NCBI GenBank assembly: GCA_963750165.1
Contig: CAVVPN010000001.1
Coordinates: forward strand, 416,001 to 480,000
Length of the DNA: 64,000 nt
DNA from: an uncultured Gemmataceae bacterium
GTDB taxonomy: Bacteria > Planctomycetota > Planctomycetia > Gemmatales > Gemmataceae
Direction of reading: 5' to 3'
Shown here: positions 10,318-20,935 of the stretch, piece by piece
Layout: each line of letters starts with the position of its first letter
Position numbering within the stretch: position 1 is the stretch's first letter
The notes under the pieces: model-generated
Database searches by the model: none
What the model saw: only the letters and a program-made list of their open reading frames with translations
What the model was told of the DNA's origin: nothing
Program-made: the position numbers and the translations under genes

Positions 10318-10421
10318 ACCGTCCGAACAATCCGAAGTGTCCATTACCAGCAAATCAACTGGAAAAACTTCGGACGGTAGCGCCTGGCCACCGTCCGAAG
10401 CCCACATGGTCAACCGTCCGT
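10318..10421. repeat. Iteron-like ACCGTCCG(AA) repeats, three direct and one inverted
   Basis: Copies at 10318, 10390 and 10413; inverted TTCGGACGGT at 10369. Confidence 0.5.
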
Positions 10422-10439
10422 GAGTGCGTCGCACCAGGA

Positions 10440-10640
10440 TCGATCAAAAGCTTACCCTCTGCAACCTCGGGCAGCTGGATCGCCACGTAGGCGTGCCAGC
10501 CGTTGCCGGAATCGACCTGGACCCCGGCCGCGACGCCGGCTTCCTGGAGGTGCCCCAGGACGGCCTGGAGCACGGCCTGAGCCTCTTGACGTTCGGCATC
10601 CGTGGCGGGCGCGTTCGCCGGCCGAACCGGGTCCACTCAG
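10440..10640 (-). pseudogene. Fragment of an AEP/RepB-like primase
   Basis: DPVRP...VQVDSGNGWHAY matches the SGxGxH motif of primase-polymerases; very short. Confidence 0.55.
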
Positions 10641-10693
10641 TTGGTCGCGCCGCCGCCGGGCCGCGAGTGTGGTCGGTCTTCATCCTGGCGGGC

Positions 10694-11033
10694 TCAATCC
10701 GGGTAGTAGTCTTTTCCCGCCTTCGGCCGGCGGCGGACGATGCGTCTGACAGTAGCGACAGAACTCCGCTTCGCCACGAACACAGCCAGCGCTTCGGGCA
10801 GGATGACCCAGCGGGGTTTGCTGCACTTAGTTGTGGCGGTTATTGATGGCTTCCAGTTGGTTGGCCATGATCCATCCTCTCGCCTTGACAGGGCTGATGC
10901 GGAGCGCCTTCGCGACCTCGGGCACGGTAAAAGCTGGGCGTCGTTTACGTCTACGCCGACGTGAAGGCGGCGTAGGGGGAACTTCATTCGACCTGGCCTT
11001 TACGGTCAGCGCGGTGGTGTTCTGGTTGTTCAT
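10694..11033 (-). CDS. Excisionase-like HTH protein (frameshift near 10840)
   Basis: FTVPEVAKALRISPVKARGWIMANQLEAIN, continuing in a shifted frame as KPRWVILPEALAVF. Confidence 0.7.
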
Positions 11034-11180
11034 GCGACTTTCCGGTGCTGAACGAATTGAGTTGGTGGCGTTCGTCAAACTCTACCCGGCTTGCCGCGTC
11101 TACCTGAAGTCTTCCCGCGGAAAAATCCCCAGCTTTTTCCGCGGCGTTCGATCAATTACGGCATTCTGGAGCAGTTGAAG

Positions 11181-11228
11181 AACTTTCAGATTGTGGGTAA
11201 CTTTCAGATTATGGGAAACCTTCAGATT
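11181..11228. repeat. 18-bp-period direct repeat AACTTTCAGATT(G/A)TGGG, about 2.7 copies
   Basis: Units start at 11181, 11199 and 11217, between the integrase stop and the xis gene. Confidence 0.7.
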
Positions 11229-12697
11229 AACGATGCAGACACCATGGACCATCCACTTCCGGCCTGCGTCGCCGAACGGGTCGAGTTGCAGTCGTCGTGA
11301 TGGAGATGTGGTGGAGGTGCTGCGGCAGGAAAACAACAGGCGCCTCGATGCTACTCTACTCCTCCTCGCCCGCGTTCTGCTTAGACTTGGCAGTAGCCAG
11401 CGGCGTCGAGAACAGCCAAGCGTGAACGTGGTCTGCCACGGCCTTCAGCCGGACGTCGCTGATCGTCTCGCGGTAGGCGGTGGCCATGTGGGGCGACTCG
11501 TGCCCCATGATGAAATCGATGGCCGGCTGATCTTTCGACTCATCGGCCACGGTACGGAAGACGTGTCGCAGGGTGTAGAACCCGAGCCCGGCCCTGCCGT
11601 GGATGCCCAGTTGGCGGAGCAGCTTGCCGAACTCCTTCGCCAGCGTGTGGTCGGTGCTGTCCTTCGCCCACGGCAACCCGTACCTGGTGATGAACACCAG
11701 GCCCGCGTTGGCCTCGTCTTTGGGCCGGGGGCGTTTGGCCAGGGACTCTCTCAGGGCGGCGACCGTCTCGGGCCAGAGGTGGCAACGGCGGGGGATGCCC
11801 GTTTTCGGCCTCGGGTAGTCGATCCACCCGGATTCCACGTTGACCACCCGCAGCGGCAGCGTGCCCACGTCGGCGTTACCGTAGCCAGCGTTGACGCCGA
11901 GCAGGATCATAGCGCGGAGGTGGACCGTCGCGGCGCCCAGCAGTTTGTTGATTTCTTCAGTCGTGAACAGCTTCGGCCCCTTCCGGGCCCGGTCGATCCG
12001 CACCACTTTCCGCGACGGCCGCTTGAACGCCTGCCCGTAGCGCACCGGGCGGTCAACGAGCCCGTTGTCCGAGGCGTACTTCAGGACGACCCGGATACGC
12101 TGGATGACGTTGCCCAGAGTCACCGGCCCCCACTTCTTGGCCAGCTTCGCGCGGAGCTTCTCGAAGTCCTCGGGGTCCAGGTCTTCCACCAGGCGTGTCT
12201 TGGTGAAGTGGCTCACCAGCAGATCTGTGGCCGCTTTGTAGTCGTCCCAGGTGCGATGGGTGAGTTCGCCCGCGTCCCGGGCGTTCTCCTTGGCCTCCAA
12301 AAACTGGTTGACCAACTCCTTGATGGTGATGCCCTCCGTCGCCTCCCGCGGCTTCCGGCCGGTGTGCAAGGCGTCCTTTTGCTTCAGGTACTTCTCCAGG
12401 GCGCCGTCAGGGTCGGCCCACTTGCCGAAGTAGTGCAACTTGCCCCGAATCTTCTTGGCCCAATAGCCGGCGGCGTGCGCGAACAGGGGGAAGTCGGGGG
12501 AGGGCTTGGCGGGCTTGTCCCCGGCGGCCTGGGCGGCGGGACGAGGCTTGTCCACGGCGGCGCCTTTCAGAAACTGCTCGAACTCCAGGAGGGCGCCTTC
12601 GTGGTCGTCCCAACGGCCGAAGTAATACATCTTCCCCTTGATCTTCTTGGCCCAGCGCCCCGTGTCGTGGGCGAACAATGGGAAGTCGGGGTAAGGC

Positions 12698-14425
12698 GGG
12701 TGTACGACATGGTTTGAGTCAGACAGCCGCTGAGTAGCGTCGCTGCCCAGTTGCTGTTCTTTGCCGACGTTCCCAGAACTCGGTGAGGGGGTCGGTCGCG
12801 CTCAGGGTATCCGCCCGCAGTTGCAGGATCGCTTCCGCACCGCGCCCCGACCAGAACTTCTCCGTGCCTTTGACGCGCTGGTTGATCCGCTTGATGGTCG
12901 ATTCGATGTGGCTCGAGGTGATCGGTAGCCCCTGTTGGCGATACACCGCGTAGCGCATGCGCCCCTGCTGATTCCGCAAGAAGCTCAGAGCGTCGGCCAC
13001 CCGCTGCCGGGGGCTCGTCTCCGCTTCCCCCGGCTCGGGAAGCCCCACCGCGGCTTGCCGCTCGGCCAGGGCGCCAAGGACCGGCTCGATCTGCCCCGCC
13101 CACACCTGGCCGATCCACGCCGTGTACGCCGCCCAGCCCACCGCGAACGACCGGCCCGCCAGGGCGGCCGTGAAGACGTACGTCAAGGCGTGGATGAAAT
13201 CGACGACGGGCGTGAAGCTCGCGAAGTGCCGCTCCCAGATGCCCCAGTTGGTGTGCGAGCCGTCCGCCACGAAGGCCCGCCGCTCGGCCCCGTAGAAGCC
13301 CCGCGCCCAGGCGGCCTGCGCCAGCAGTTCGCCGAAGGGCTGCGCCTCCCGGGCGGTCGCCACCACGCTGCGCTGTTCCAGGGCCGGCGCCGTACCGGCC
13401 GCGGCCGCGGCGGCCGGGGTCGGCGGCGCCGTCACGTCCGCCTCCGTCACGCCGGCCGAGCCTTTGATCTCCCGCACCAGCTTGAGGATGCGCAGCGGAT
13501 CCACGAAGTGCGCGGGCAGTTCGGGGCACGGGTCCACGGCACCGGCCGTGCTGGTCATGGTCGCCAGCAAGCCCACCTTGTCCGCGCGCCAATGGCTCAC
13601 GGGCGTGGCGGGTGCCGCGGGAGCCGCCGCCGGGGTGGCCTGGCGGTCGAGGATCTGCAAGCGGCCGCCGTCGCACTGCACCACGGCCAGGGCTGGCGCG
13701 GCCACCCCGGGCGGCACGCCCTTGCGCTGGGGGAGCGGCAAACCCAGGTAGTCCGCGACGGCGGCGTCGCGCTCGGCGCAGCGCTCCTGGCCGATGCCTT
13801 GCGTGAGGCGCTCCACTTGCTTGGTGGGCACGTCGAGGTCGGCCAGGTGCCGCAAGGCCTGGCTGCCCTGGGCGAAGGAGGGGTGGTGCGTGCCCGCGTA
13901 GATCACGCGCCGCAGGACCGCCGGGGAGTACTGGCTCAGGTCAAGGCCCAGCCGCCGGGACTGAGGGAAAAAAAGACCGCCGGCAGCGCGGGCAGTAGCG
14001 GTGGGGTTCGAGCCATTGGGTGTGGCCGGCACGGGTCTGAACGACCCGCGGTTCGGGGTCGGCGGCCGCGGTCGGCTGTTGGCAGGACGGGCACACCTGG
14101 TCCGGGTCCGGCACCGATTGGGCCGCTTGCTGTTGTAGGGCCTGATCGAGGAGCTGGCGCGACACGGCCTGGCCGATCTGCACCGCCAGTTCTTCCAGGT
14201 CGCTGAACTGGGTTCCCCATTCCGGTCCCTGGGGGCCGTACACCCGATCCACGAAATGCTTGGCCACGCCCTGAATCAAATGGCGTAATTCAGCTACTTG
14301 TTTGGTAGCAATGGACTCGGCGGCCATCCCTGGCTCCTTTCAGGAGTTGCGGCCTTTGGTGAGTCGAACTTCCACTGCCAGTGTACACCAGGCGGCTGGC
14401 GGCTTGCAAACCATGTCGTACACCC
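12698..14425 (-). mobile_element. Insertion sequence, ISKra4/ISLre2-like (Mutator-related), 1728 bp
   Basis: Perfect 19-bp IRs GGGTGTACGACATGGTTTG; 9-bp target duplication GGGTAAGGC at 12689-12697 and 14426-14434. Confidence 0.92.
12719..14327 (-). CDS. DDE transposase in two overlapping ORFs, joined at a T7-CCC slippery site near 13970
   Basis: OrfA with CPSC/CPRC zinc motif ends ..RRSFFP; OrfB has CDGG, VADGS, VDFIHA and SSHIES motifs. Confidence 0.85.
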
Positions 14426-14670
14426 GGGTAAGGCTTGCTCGGCTTGGTGGACTTGCCGCCCTGTGCTGTCGTGGTAGAATGATCGCTGGACATGGTGACC
14501 TGCTCCTTAACCTGACGGGACGCGGTGTTTGGGCCGATGTGCTAGCATCAGATCGGCCAACTTTTCCGAGTTAAGGTGTAGGAAAATGGGTGTCAAGTGT
14601 AGTAGGGGTGTAACACCCGAGAGAGGATGAGGCAAAGAAATCGACGCAAACCAAACTAACTAAACTACTT

Positions 14671-14744
<74 letters not shown>

Positions 14745-14819
14745 CTACAATGCAAAGAGCCGCAGGTCTTGGACTTGCGGCTCTTCTCTTTGTTGGGACA
14801 ATCGCCGTTTCCCCACGAT

Positions 14820-14960
14820 TTGGGGATAATTTGGGGATAATCGCCGGGTGGCGTTGAGGCCGCGTTGGGGGCGGTGGCCGGCTTCCTGGATTTCATTGTC
14901 TGGACATTATGGTCGTTCGGACAGTCCGGCGGTGGCAGCTTGGGGATTTTTGGGGATAAA
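14820..14960. repeat. TTGGGGATAAT tandem arm-type sites (left arm)
   Basis: Pairs at 14820-14841 and (degenerate) 14940-14960; the same pair occurs at 20936-20957 and 48054-48075. Confidence 0.75.
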
Positions 14961-15451
14961 CGACTGGTCATCGGTCATGGGACTTCCTGCCCTTCTGCTT
15001 CGGCGCCTGCTCGTCCAGTTGTTTGGTGAAAGACTGATCTCTCTTCGGGCGTTCCCTCGGCGTGCCGTCCGGATGACGGTGGAAGGCGTCCTCCTGCTCA
15101 GGGGCTGGGCCGAGCAGTTGCCCTAGGCGTGGCCGCACCTCGGGGCGGAACTGGACCTGGGCGTTCGGGGGCGGGTTGCACGACATCTAACCGTTGGTGG
15201 TGGATTATGCCCATGAAGCCCAAACCGACGATTCCAATCCGCACCATTGGCGTATCCTCTTGTTATTTATAGTATTGTGATTTTCTACAGATTCCACAGA
15301 CAGCATGAATTCGTGCCGTTTTCGGTGGTTTTCAAGCCATTCTTGTCGCTATTCTTGTCGCTATTCGGGGCCGTTTTTCAGGGCTATGGCGTCAAAAAAC
15401 GCGCCGTTCAATGGCTATTATGCGAGGTCGGGCTGGGGATGGCCGCACGAG

Positions 15452-15562
15452 TCAGACTTCGTTCAGCCGGGCGAACTCGCCGGCGGTCTCCATCGCCACG
15501 CAGTTGTTCGTCCAGGCCGCTGCCACCTCGTCGGTGAAGTAGCCGAGGAAGCGACGCCTCCC
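15452..15562 (-). pseudogene. AP2-domain remnant (tail of an HNH-AP2 type protein)
   Basis: Manual translation GRRRFLGYFTDEVAAAWTNNCVAMETAGEFARLNEV*. Confidence 0.6.
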
Positions 15563-15620
15563 CTCTCAAGGAATCGACGCTCGCCAGCAACTCTTCTCTG
15601 GCAATCTATACCAATTCTCC

Positions 15621-15705
15621 CGTTGTACCGCGTTGTACCGAAAATCCGGTTGACAACGGTTTGAGCGTCGCGTACTATTGGGTCGTGGTACAACACGGTA
15701 CAACA
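15621..15705 (+). promoter_or_regulatory. Sigma70-type promoter bracketed by inverted tandem operators
   Basis: TTGACA (15650) - 17 bp - TACTAT (15673); CGTTGTACCG x2 upstream and GGTACAACA x2 downstream. Confidence 0.8.
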
Positions 15706-15748
15706 TCTGGACCGGCCACACCCCTTTTCCCAGCCAGAGGAATGCAAC

Positions 15749-18031
15749 ATGGCAAACACGAATCGCGCAACCCTGAGTCGGGACCAGGCTCGTAAGAGCT
15801 ACTGCATCAAGTTTCGTCACCCGCGCCGCTTCACGGGCGATGGCAAGCCGGGCCTTGCAGTCCGGCGTGGCCTCGGCACCGACAACGAGGCCGAGGCCCA
15901 GCACCTCGTGGGCCAGATGAATCAGATCTTGGCGGACGAGTCCCTGTGGACGCCAACCGCCCGCGACGCGGCAAGCAAGCGTTTCCATCCGCGGATCGTC
16001 GAGGCATTCTATGACGGCCTCGGAGCTACTGCGCTCGACCCCCTCCAGGCTCGCGATCACGCTCTCCGGCTCCCTGGACTTGACGAAGGTTACAAGCGGA
16101 TGCTTCTCCTCGGTCCGAACGGGGCGGGCAAGACTACGCTCCTCCGCCAAATCCTCGGCACCAACCCTGAGACCGAACGCTTCCCCGCGACCTCGGCCAA
16201 CCGCACGACGACAGCGAAGGTCGAAGTGATCCTCGCTCCGGGCAAATACCAGGCCGTCGCCACGTTCCTCCAGCGAGACGAGGTTCGGCAGTACGTCGAG
16301 GAATGCGTCATTGAGGCCGCCCTTTCCCATCTCAGTGACGGCAGCCCCGACGAGGTGGCCCGTCGCTTGCTCGAACACCGCGACCAGAGGTTCCGCCTCA
16401 GCCACATCCTGGGGACGCTCCCGACCAAAACCTCGAAGTTCGTGAAGAGCTTCGATACTCCTGATGGGGACCGCACCCGACGCAAGGAAGCAGCTGCGGA
16501 GGAAGCCGACCCGCTCACCGAGGACGAACGCGAGGCGATGCGGAAAACTCTCCGGCGGTACATCGAGCGCATTCAGGCGATGACCGACGAGTGGCGAATG
16601 CGCACCAAGGAGACTGACGAAGAAATCGAGTCCGAAGAGATCAAGCAGCGGTTCGAGGAGCAACTTCCCAGCGAGACAGATTTCTCGCCGCTGATCGACG
16701 ACATCTGCGACGAGATCGCCCGGCGGTTTTCGCAGGTTTCGGGCGGCCAGACGGAATTCGACAAGGGCAAGTGGCCGACGCTCTGGCAGTTCTCGACCAG
16801 CGAGCGTGATGAGTTCATGAAGGTCATCAACCTGTTCACAGGGAACCACGAACGGCATTTTGGCCGCCTGCTGACTCCGCTCGTCGAGGGAATTCGTGTC
16901 GCCGGCCCGTTCCGTCCGCACTGGCGAGAAGGAAACGAAGTACCCCGCCTCGTCCTGATCGACGGCGAGGGGCTCGGCCACAAGGTCGAAGCGATCGCCA
17001 GCGTGCCCACGTCGGTTTCCCGGCGGTTTCGGGATGTCGATGTCATCCTGCTGGTCGATTCCGCCCGGCAGCCAATGCAGGCCGCTCCTTCCGTTGCCGT
17101 GAAGACCATCGCCGCTGCTGGCTACGAATCCAAACTGATGCTCTGCTTCACCCACCTCGATCTGGTTGAGGGGGACAACCTGCCTGACGATCAGGCGAAG
17201 ATGAACCACGTCCTCTACGCCCTAACGAACCTTCTCGACAAGGTGGGGCAGGACATCGACCGGGTCACGGAGGATGCGCTCGAACGGGTGCTGGAAGGCC
17301 GGGTCTTCTTTGCGGCTCACCTCAACAAGAAGGAGCTTCCCGACGAGGACGCCGTCACCCGGACCCACCTGAACAACATGCTGGACGCCATCGAAGCGAT
17401 CGAACAGCCCGACCCGACCGACGTTGAGCTTTTCTACGATGAGTTCAAGCTCCCTTTGGGACTTCGCGCGGCCCTGACGAGCTTCCACCAGACGTGGCGG
17501 GCGATTCTGGGTCTTGAGACCCAGCCGAACATTCCGAAGGAGCATTGGGCGCGGATCAAGGCTCTCACGCGGTATGTTGGCTTCCTCGGCAAGGATGAGT
17601 ATCAGCATCTGGAGCCTGCCGCCGATCTCGTGAAACGCCTGATCCAGCATTTAAGTCGTTACCTCGACCGACCTCTGCGCTGGGATCCGCCGAGTGCCGA
17701 CGAGCAGGTCAAACTGGCGGCCATCGCGCGGGTCAAGAACTTGGTACACACTGGGCTCCTCGACCTGGCCCGTGACTTGCTGATCGTCCAGCGGTCCACC
17801 GACTGGCAGGCCGCCTATGGCCTTTCCGGCACAGGCTCCACGGTCAAGCGTGCCCACGCGATTCGGTCCTTCTTCGAGGCATCCGCGCCGGTTCCTGATA
17901 ATCTCGACGGCATCGACGGTAAGGATTTCTCGCACATGATCAAGGACCTAGTCGGCGAGGCGGTCAAGGAAGTTGGTGGCCGTGTCGTCCAGTCACTGGA
18001 GGACGAGGAGAAGATGGCGGGCTCCTTGTAA
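15749..18031 (+). CDS. 760-aa protein: integrase-arm-like N-terminal DNA-binding domain fused to a dynamin-like P-loop GTPase
   Basis: N-terminal YCIKFRHP..GKPGLAVRRGLGTDNEAEA; G1 GPNGAGKT, G2 RTTT, G3 DGEG, G4 THLD; long helical insert and helical C-terminus. Confidence 0.8.
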   Translation: MANTNRATLSRDQARKSYCIKFRHPRRFTGDGKPGLAVRRGLGTDNEAEAQHLVGQMNQILADESLWTPTARDAASKRFHPRIVEAFYDGLGATALDPLQARDHALRLPGLDEGYKRMLLLGPNGAGKTTLLRQILGTNPETERFPATSANRTTTAKVEVILAPGKYQAVATFLQRDEVRQYVEECVIEAALSHLSDGSPDEVARRLLEHRDQRFRLSHILGTLPTKTSKFVKSFDTPDGDRTRRKEAAAEEADPLTEDEREAMRKTLRRYIERIQAMTDEWRMRTKETDEEIESEEIKQRFEEQLPSETDFSPLIDDICDEIARRFSQVSGGQTEFDKGKWPTLWQFSTSERDEFMKVINLFTGNHERHFGRLLTPLVEGIRVAGPFRPHWREGNEVPRLVLIDGEGLGHKVEAIASVPTSVSRRFRDVDVILLVDSARQPMQAAPSVAVKTIAAAGYESKLMLCFTHLDLVEGDNLPDDQAKMNHVLYALTNLLDKVGQDIDRVTEDALERVLEGRVFFAAHLNKKELPDEDAVTRTHLNNMLDAIEAIEQPDPTDVELFYDEFKLPLGLRAALTSFHQTWRAILGLETQPNIPKEHWARIKALTRYVGFLGKDEYQHLEPAADLVKRLIQHLSRYLDRPLRWDPPSADEQVKLAAIARVKNLVHTGLLDLARDLLIVQRSTDWQAAYGLSGTGSTVKRAHAIRSFFEASAPVPDNLDGIDGKDFSHMIKDLVGEAVKEVGGRVVQSLEDEEKMAGSL

Positions 18032-18140
18032 AAAGCAGGGGGGCGTTTGTCTTCGGCCGCTGAGGGCTGACTCGAAGGTAAACAGCAAATCCGCATGCCC
18101 CAGCCAGCAATGGCTGGGGCCTATCCGTTTCGATGGGTTA

Positions 18141-19289
18141 TTACCACGGCACGAAATAAGATCAAATCAATTCTACCGGGGCAGCGTACCGAGTCCACGG
18201 ATGTAGAAAGTAACTTATCACATGATCCGGCACCCGAACCAAGCGTTTCATGAAGTCCAACAACCGGCCCTGCAACGTCGGCCGGTCGGGCGGCAGGCCC
18301 GCCTCGTTCACCGTACCCTTCATGTCGTTGTTCAAATACTCCACTGGGTTCAACTCCGGCGAATACGCCGGCAGATAAAACACCTCGATCTGGTCCCGGT
18401 GCGCCTCCACCCAGGCCTGTACCGCCGGCGTCTTGTGGGCTTGCAGCCGATCCGCGATCAGCAGCATCTTCCGCGTCGCCCCTGCGATCAGCTTGGTCAA
18501 GAACATCAGGAACACCGCCGCGTCGAGCGCGCCCTGGTAAGTCATGAACCGTACCGTCCCCTCGTTGCTGATGGCCGAAATCTGGTTGACCCGGAGGTGG
18601 GGCTTAGGCACCTCCATCGTCGCGCGTGCTCCGAGGCGGGCGTAGCCGTAACCGGGGTGGTGATCGGCCGCCACGCCGACCTCATCGGTCCACAGAATTT
18701 CCGCCTGCTCGCGCTCAGCCTGGGCTTCGATGGCGGGGTAGGTTTCCAGCAACCACTCCTCGACCGCGTCGGGATCCTGCTGCCGCGCGTGCCGGCTCGG
18801 TTTCTTGGAGGTGTAACCCCAGCGGCGCAAGTACGCGCCGACGGTGCGCTCGGCCAGGTCGATGCCGAACTCCTGGCGGATCAGGTCGCGCACGGCGCGG
18901 CGCGTCCACAAGGCGTGCGGGATGCCCACTTCCTCCGGGGAGTGCAGGTCGATGCACGCCCGGATGCGCTCGGCCTGCGGGTCGGACAAGTAGCGCCCGG
19001 AACCGAGCGGCCGGCCGCTGCGACCGCCGGGCAGGGCAGACAGGCCGTCGGCGACGTAGGCCGTCCACCAGCGACTGATGGTTTCGTGGCAGACGCCCAG
19101 GAGTTCGGCGAGATCCAACTCGGAGTAGCCCAACTCGATCCCCCGTAAGGCGCGCAGACGCAGCACCTGGAGGGCTTCATCCGACAACTGGCGGGCGTCA
19201 GGTAACTGGATGGACATGAGCAGTCTCCGTCTCGGAGTGTCGCGGTTATTCTCCCAACGGACTTTTGAGCAACTTTCATGCCGTGGTAA
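18141..19289 (-). mobile_element. IS630-family element
   Basis: IRs TTACCACGGCA(C/T)GAAA; TA duplicated at 18139-40 and 19290-91. Confidence 0.93.
18162..19217 (-). CDS. IS630-family transposase
   Basis: HTH, WTDE, IADRLQAH, LPAYSPELNPVE. Confidence 0.95.
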   Translation of the reverse strand: MSIQLPDARQLSDEALQVLRLRALRGIELGYSELDLAELLGVCHETISRWWTAYVADGLSALPGGRSGRPLGSGRYLSDPQAERIRACIDLHSPEEVGIPHALWTRRAVRDLIRQEFGIDLAERTVGAYLRRWGYTSKKPSRHARQQDPDAVEEWLLETYPAIEAQAEREQAEILWTDEVGVAADHHPGYGYARLGARATMEVPKPHLRVNQISAISNEGTVRFMTYQGALDAAVFLMFLTKLIAGATRKMLLIADRLQAHKTPAVQAWVEAHRDQIEVFYLPAYSPELNPVEYLNNDMKGTVNEAGLPPDRPTLQGRLLDFMKRLVRVPDHVISYFLHPWTRYAAPVELI

Positions 19290-19291
19290 TA

Positions 19292-19566
19292 TCTTGAAAC
19301 GATTGGACCGTTTGGAGGCCATGCTCGTCACCCTCGTCGAGCGCCAGACGGTGCGGGAGTGGTATACGACTGAACAGTTCGCTCAACTCGTGGGCAAAGC
19401 CGAGTTCACGGTCAGGGAGTGGTGCCGGCACGGCCGCATCTCCGCGGAGAAGCGGAACTCGGGCCGGGGGGCCCATCCGACCTGGGTGATTTCCCACGGG
19501 GAATACCTCCGCTGGCAGAGGGAGGGTTTACTGCCCGCCACTGGACGAGGAATGGCTTCTGTGTGA
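19292..19566 (+). CDS. Excisionase/HTH protein; 5' end abuts the IS630
   Basis: WYTTEQFAQLVGKAEFTVREWCRHGRISAEK; convergent with the integrase. Confidence 0.8.
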
Positions 19567-19604
19567 TCATCGTCGCAACACAACCACCCCTCGTCCAGTG
19601 ACGG

Positions 19605-20921
19605 TCAGGCAAACACCCCCATCATCGCCTGGTGCTTCACGTCCGGGTACAAATGGCGGTAGCGCCGCCGCTGCTCCTCGGTGCAGTGGCCCACCAGTTC
19701 GTCAATGATGCGCTGGTCCACGCCCTTGCTCGCCAGCGCCGAGATGAACGAATGCCGGAAGACGTGCCAGCCCTTGAGCACGCTCCACTGGGAGAGCCTG
19801 AGTCCCCGCTGGAAGTAATTGTGTGCTTCCCGCGGCAAGATCTCCTTGCCGTCATCCTTGCAGAAGAGCGTTTTGCCCCTGGCCCGGACCGACAGCCAGG
19901 CCGCGAGCACTTCCTTGAGAAACGGCGTCACCGGTACCCGGCGAGTCGTTAGCTTGCGCTTGTCACGCTTCTTCTCGCGAATCGTCACCACGTCGGCAGC
20001 CAGGTCCACGTCGGAGGGCAGCGCCCGCACGACCTCCGACCGCCTGGCGCCGGTGTAAGCGGCGAAGACGAACATCGGGTACACCCAGGGACTGACCGGC
20101 CGGGCCTTCACCCACTCCAGCAACCGACTGACCTCCTCGGGCCGCAGGTATACCGAATCCCAGACCGTCTCCGGCTCGTCGCCAGCGGCGATGCGCCGCT
20201 CGGCCTCCTCCCAGGTCATGAAGGGCAGGCTTTCTTCGACCTTGGCGTAGTCAAGCCCGCCGCCGGGAAACTCCTCGGCCAGGTTCAGCTGTCGCCGGGC
20301 CCAGTTCCAGGCCGTGCGCAGCGAGATGATCTCCTTCTTAATCGTGGCCGACGACGGGTGGCGTTTCGGCCGTTCGGGTGCCTCGACCGGCTTGGGCGGC
20401 GCGTTCTTGCGGACGTATTTCCGTTTCGGCTTGGCCAGAGCCGCCTTCTCCCGCCGTTTGCGGCGGTACGCCTCGGGGTCGATCCACTCCCCGGCGCGCT
20501 TGTCCACGTAGCGCTGCAGGTCGGGCCGGCTCACCAACGGGATGACGCTACCGGCGCCGAGGATGCGCTCCAGGTGGTCGAAATGTAGCCGAATGCCATC
20601 GAGCGTCGTCTGCTCCAGCTTCTTCTCCTGCGACTTGAAATACGCCACCCGCAGTTCGGCGAGCGTCAACTCTTTCCGCTCGGCCGCGACGGCTGCCATC
20701 TGCTCCGGCGGCTTGCCGCGGTGGAACATGAAGTCCTCGATCGGGCAGCCGGCAGGGATGTCGAGCAAATTCCGCTTGAGCAGGCGCAGCAATTCCTCAG
20801 TCGAAACTTTGTAGACCGCCGCATCAGCGGCGCTCACCTCGCCGACGGAGAAGGCCCGCTTCTCATTCTTCCAGTAGAAAAGCACCCGCCAGCTGCCGTT
20901 TCGATTTTCGATCGAGGCCAT
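19605..20921 (-). CDS. Tyrosine integrase (intact)
   Basis: TGARRSE, EKKR, WHVFRHSF, VGH and RYRH catalytic motifs; start lies next to the att arm repeats. Confidence 0.93.
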   Translation of the reverse strand: MASIENRNGSWRVLFYWKNEKRAFSVGEVSAADAAVYKVSTEELLRLLKRNLLDIPAGCPIEDFMFHRGKPPEQMAAVAAERKELTLAELRVAYFKSQEKKLEQTTLDGIRLHFDHLERILGAGSVIPLVSRPDLQRYVDKRAGEWIDPEAYRRKRREKAALAKPKRKYVRKNAPPKPVEAPERPKRHPSSATIKKEIISLRTAWNWARRQLNLAEEFPGGGLDYAKVEESLPFMTWEEAERRIAAGDEPETVWDSVYLRPEEVSRLLEWVKARPVSPWVYPMFVFAAYTGARRSEVVRALPSDVDLAADVVTIREKKRDKRKLTTRRVPVTPFLKEVLAAWLSVRARGKTLFCKDDGKEILPREAHNYFQRGLRLSQWSVLKGWHVFRHSFISALASKGVDQRIIDELVGHCTEEQRRRYRHLYPDVKHQAMMGVFA

Positions 20922-20935
20922 GCCGCACCTGGGTC

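Larger units (their letters stand above)
11356..14493 (-). pseudogene. Tyrosine integrase interrupted near its N-terminus by the IS at 12698-14425
   Basis: Removing the IS and one target duplication joins MSSDHSTT...KPSKPYP to DFPLFAHDTGRW in frame; C-terminal motifs RPKTG, YTLRH, MGH and Y are present. Confidence 0.9.

Noticed and set aside
15190..15370. TCCGCACCA resembling a tRNA 3' end, plus ATTCTTGTCGCT x2 resembling the repeats after tRNA-Ser
   Set aside because: No T-arm or matching tRNA in the window; it may be a relic att arm but is too short to support a call
15566..17209. Long antisense or alternative-frame ORFs (e.g. 15566-17209, 11191-12717, 12935-14206, 29015-30235)
   Set aside because: Shadow ORFs of real genes in GC-rich DNA, with no recognisable motifs
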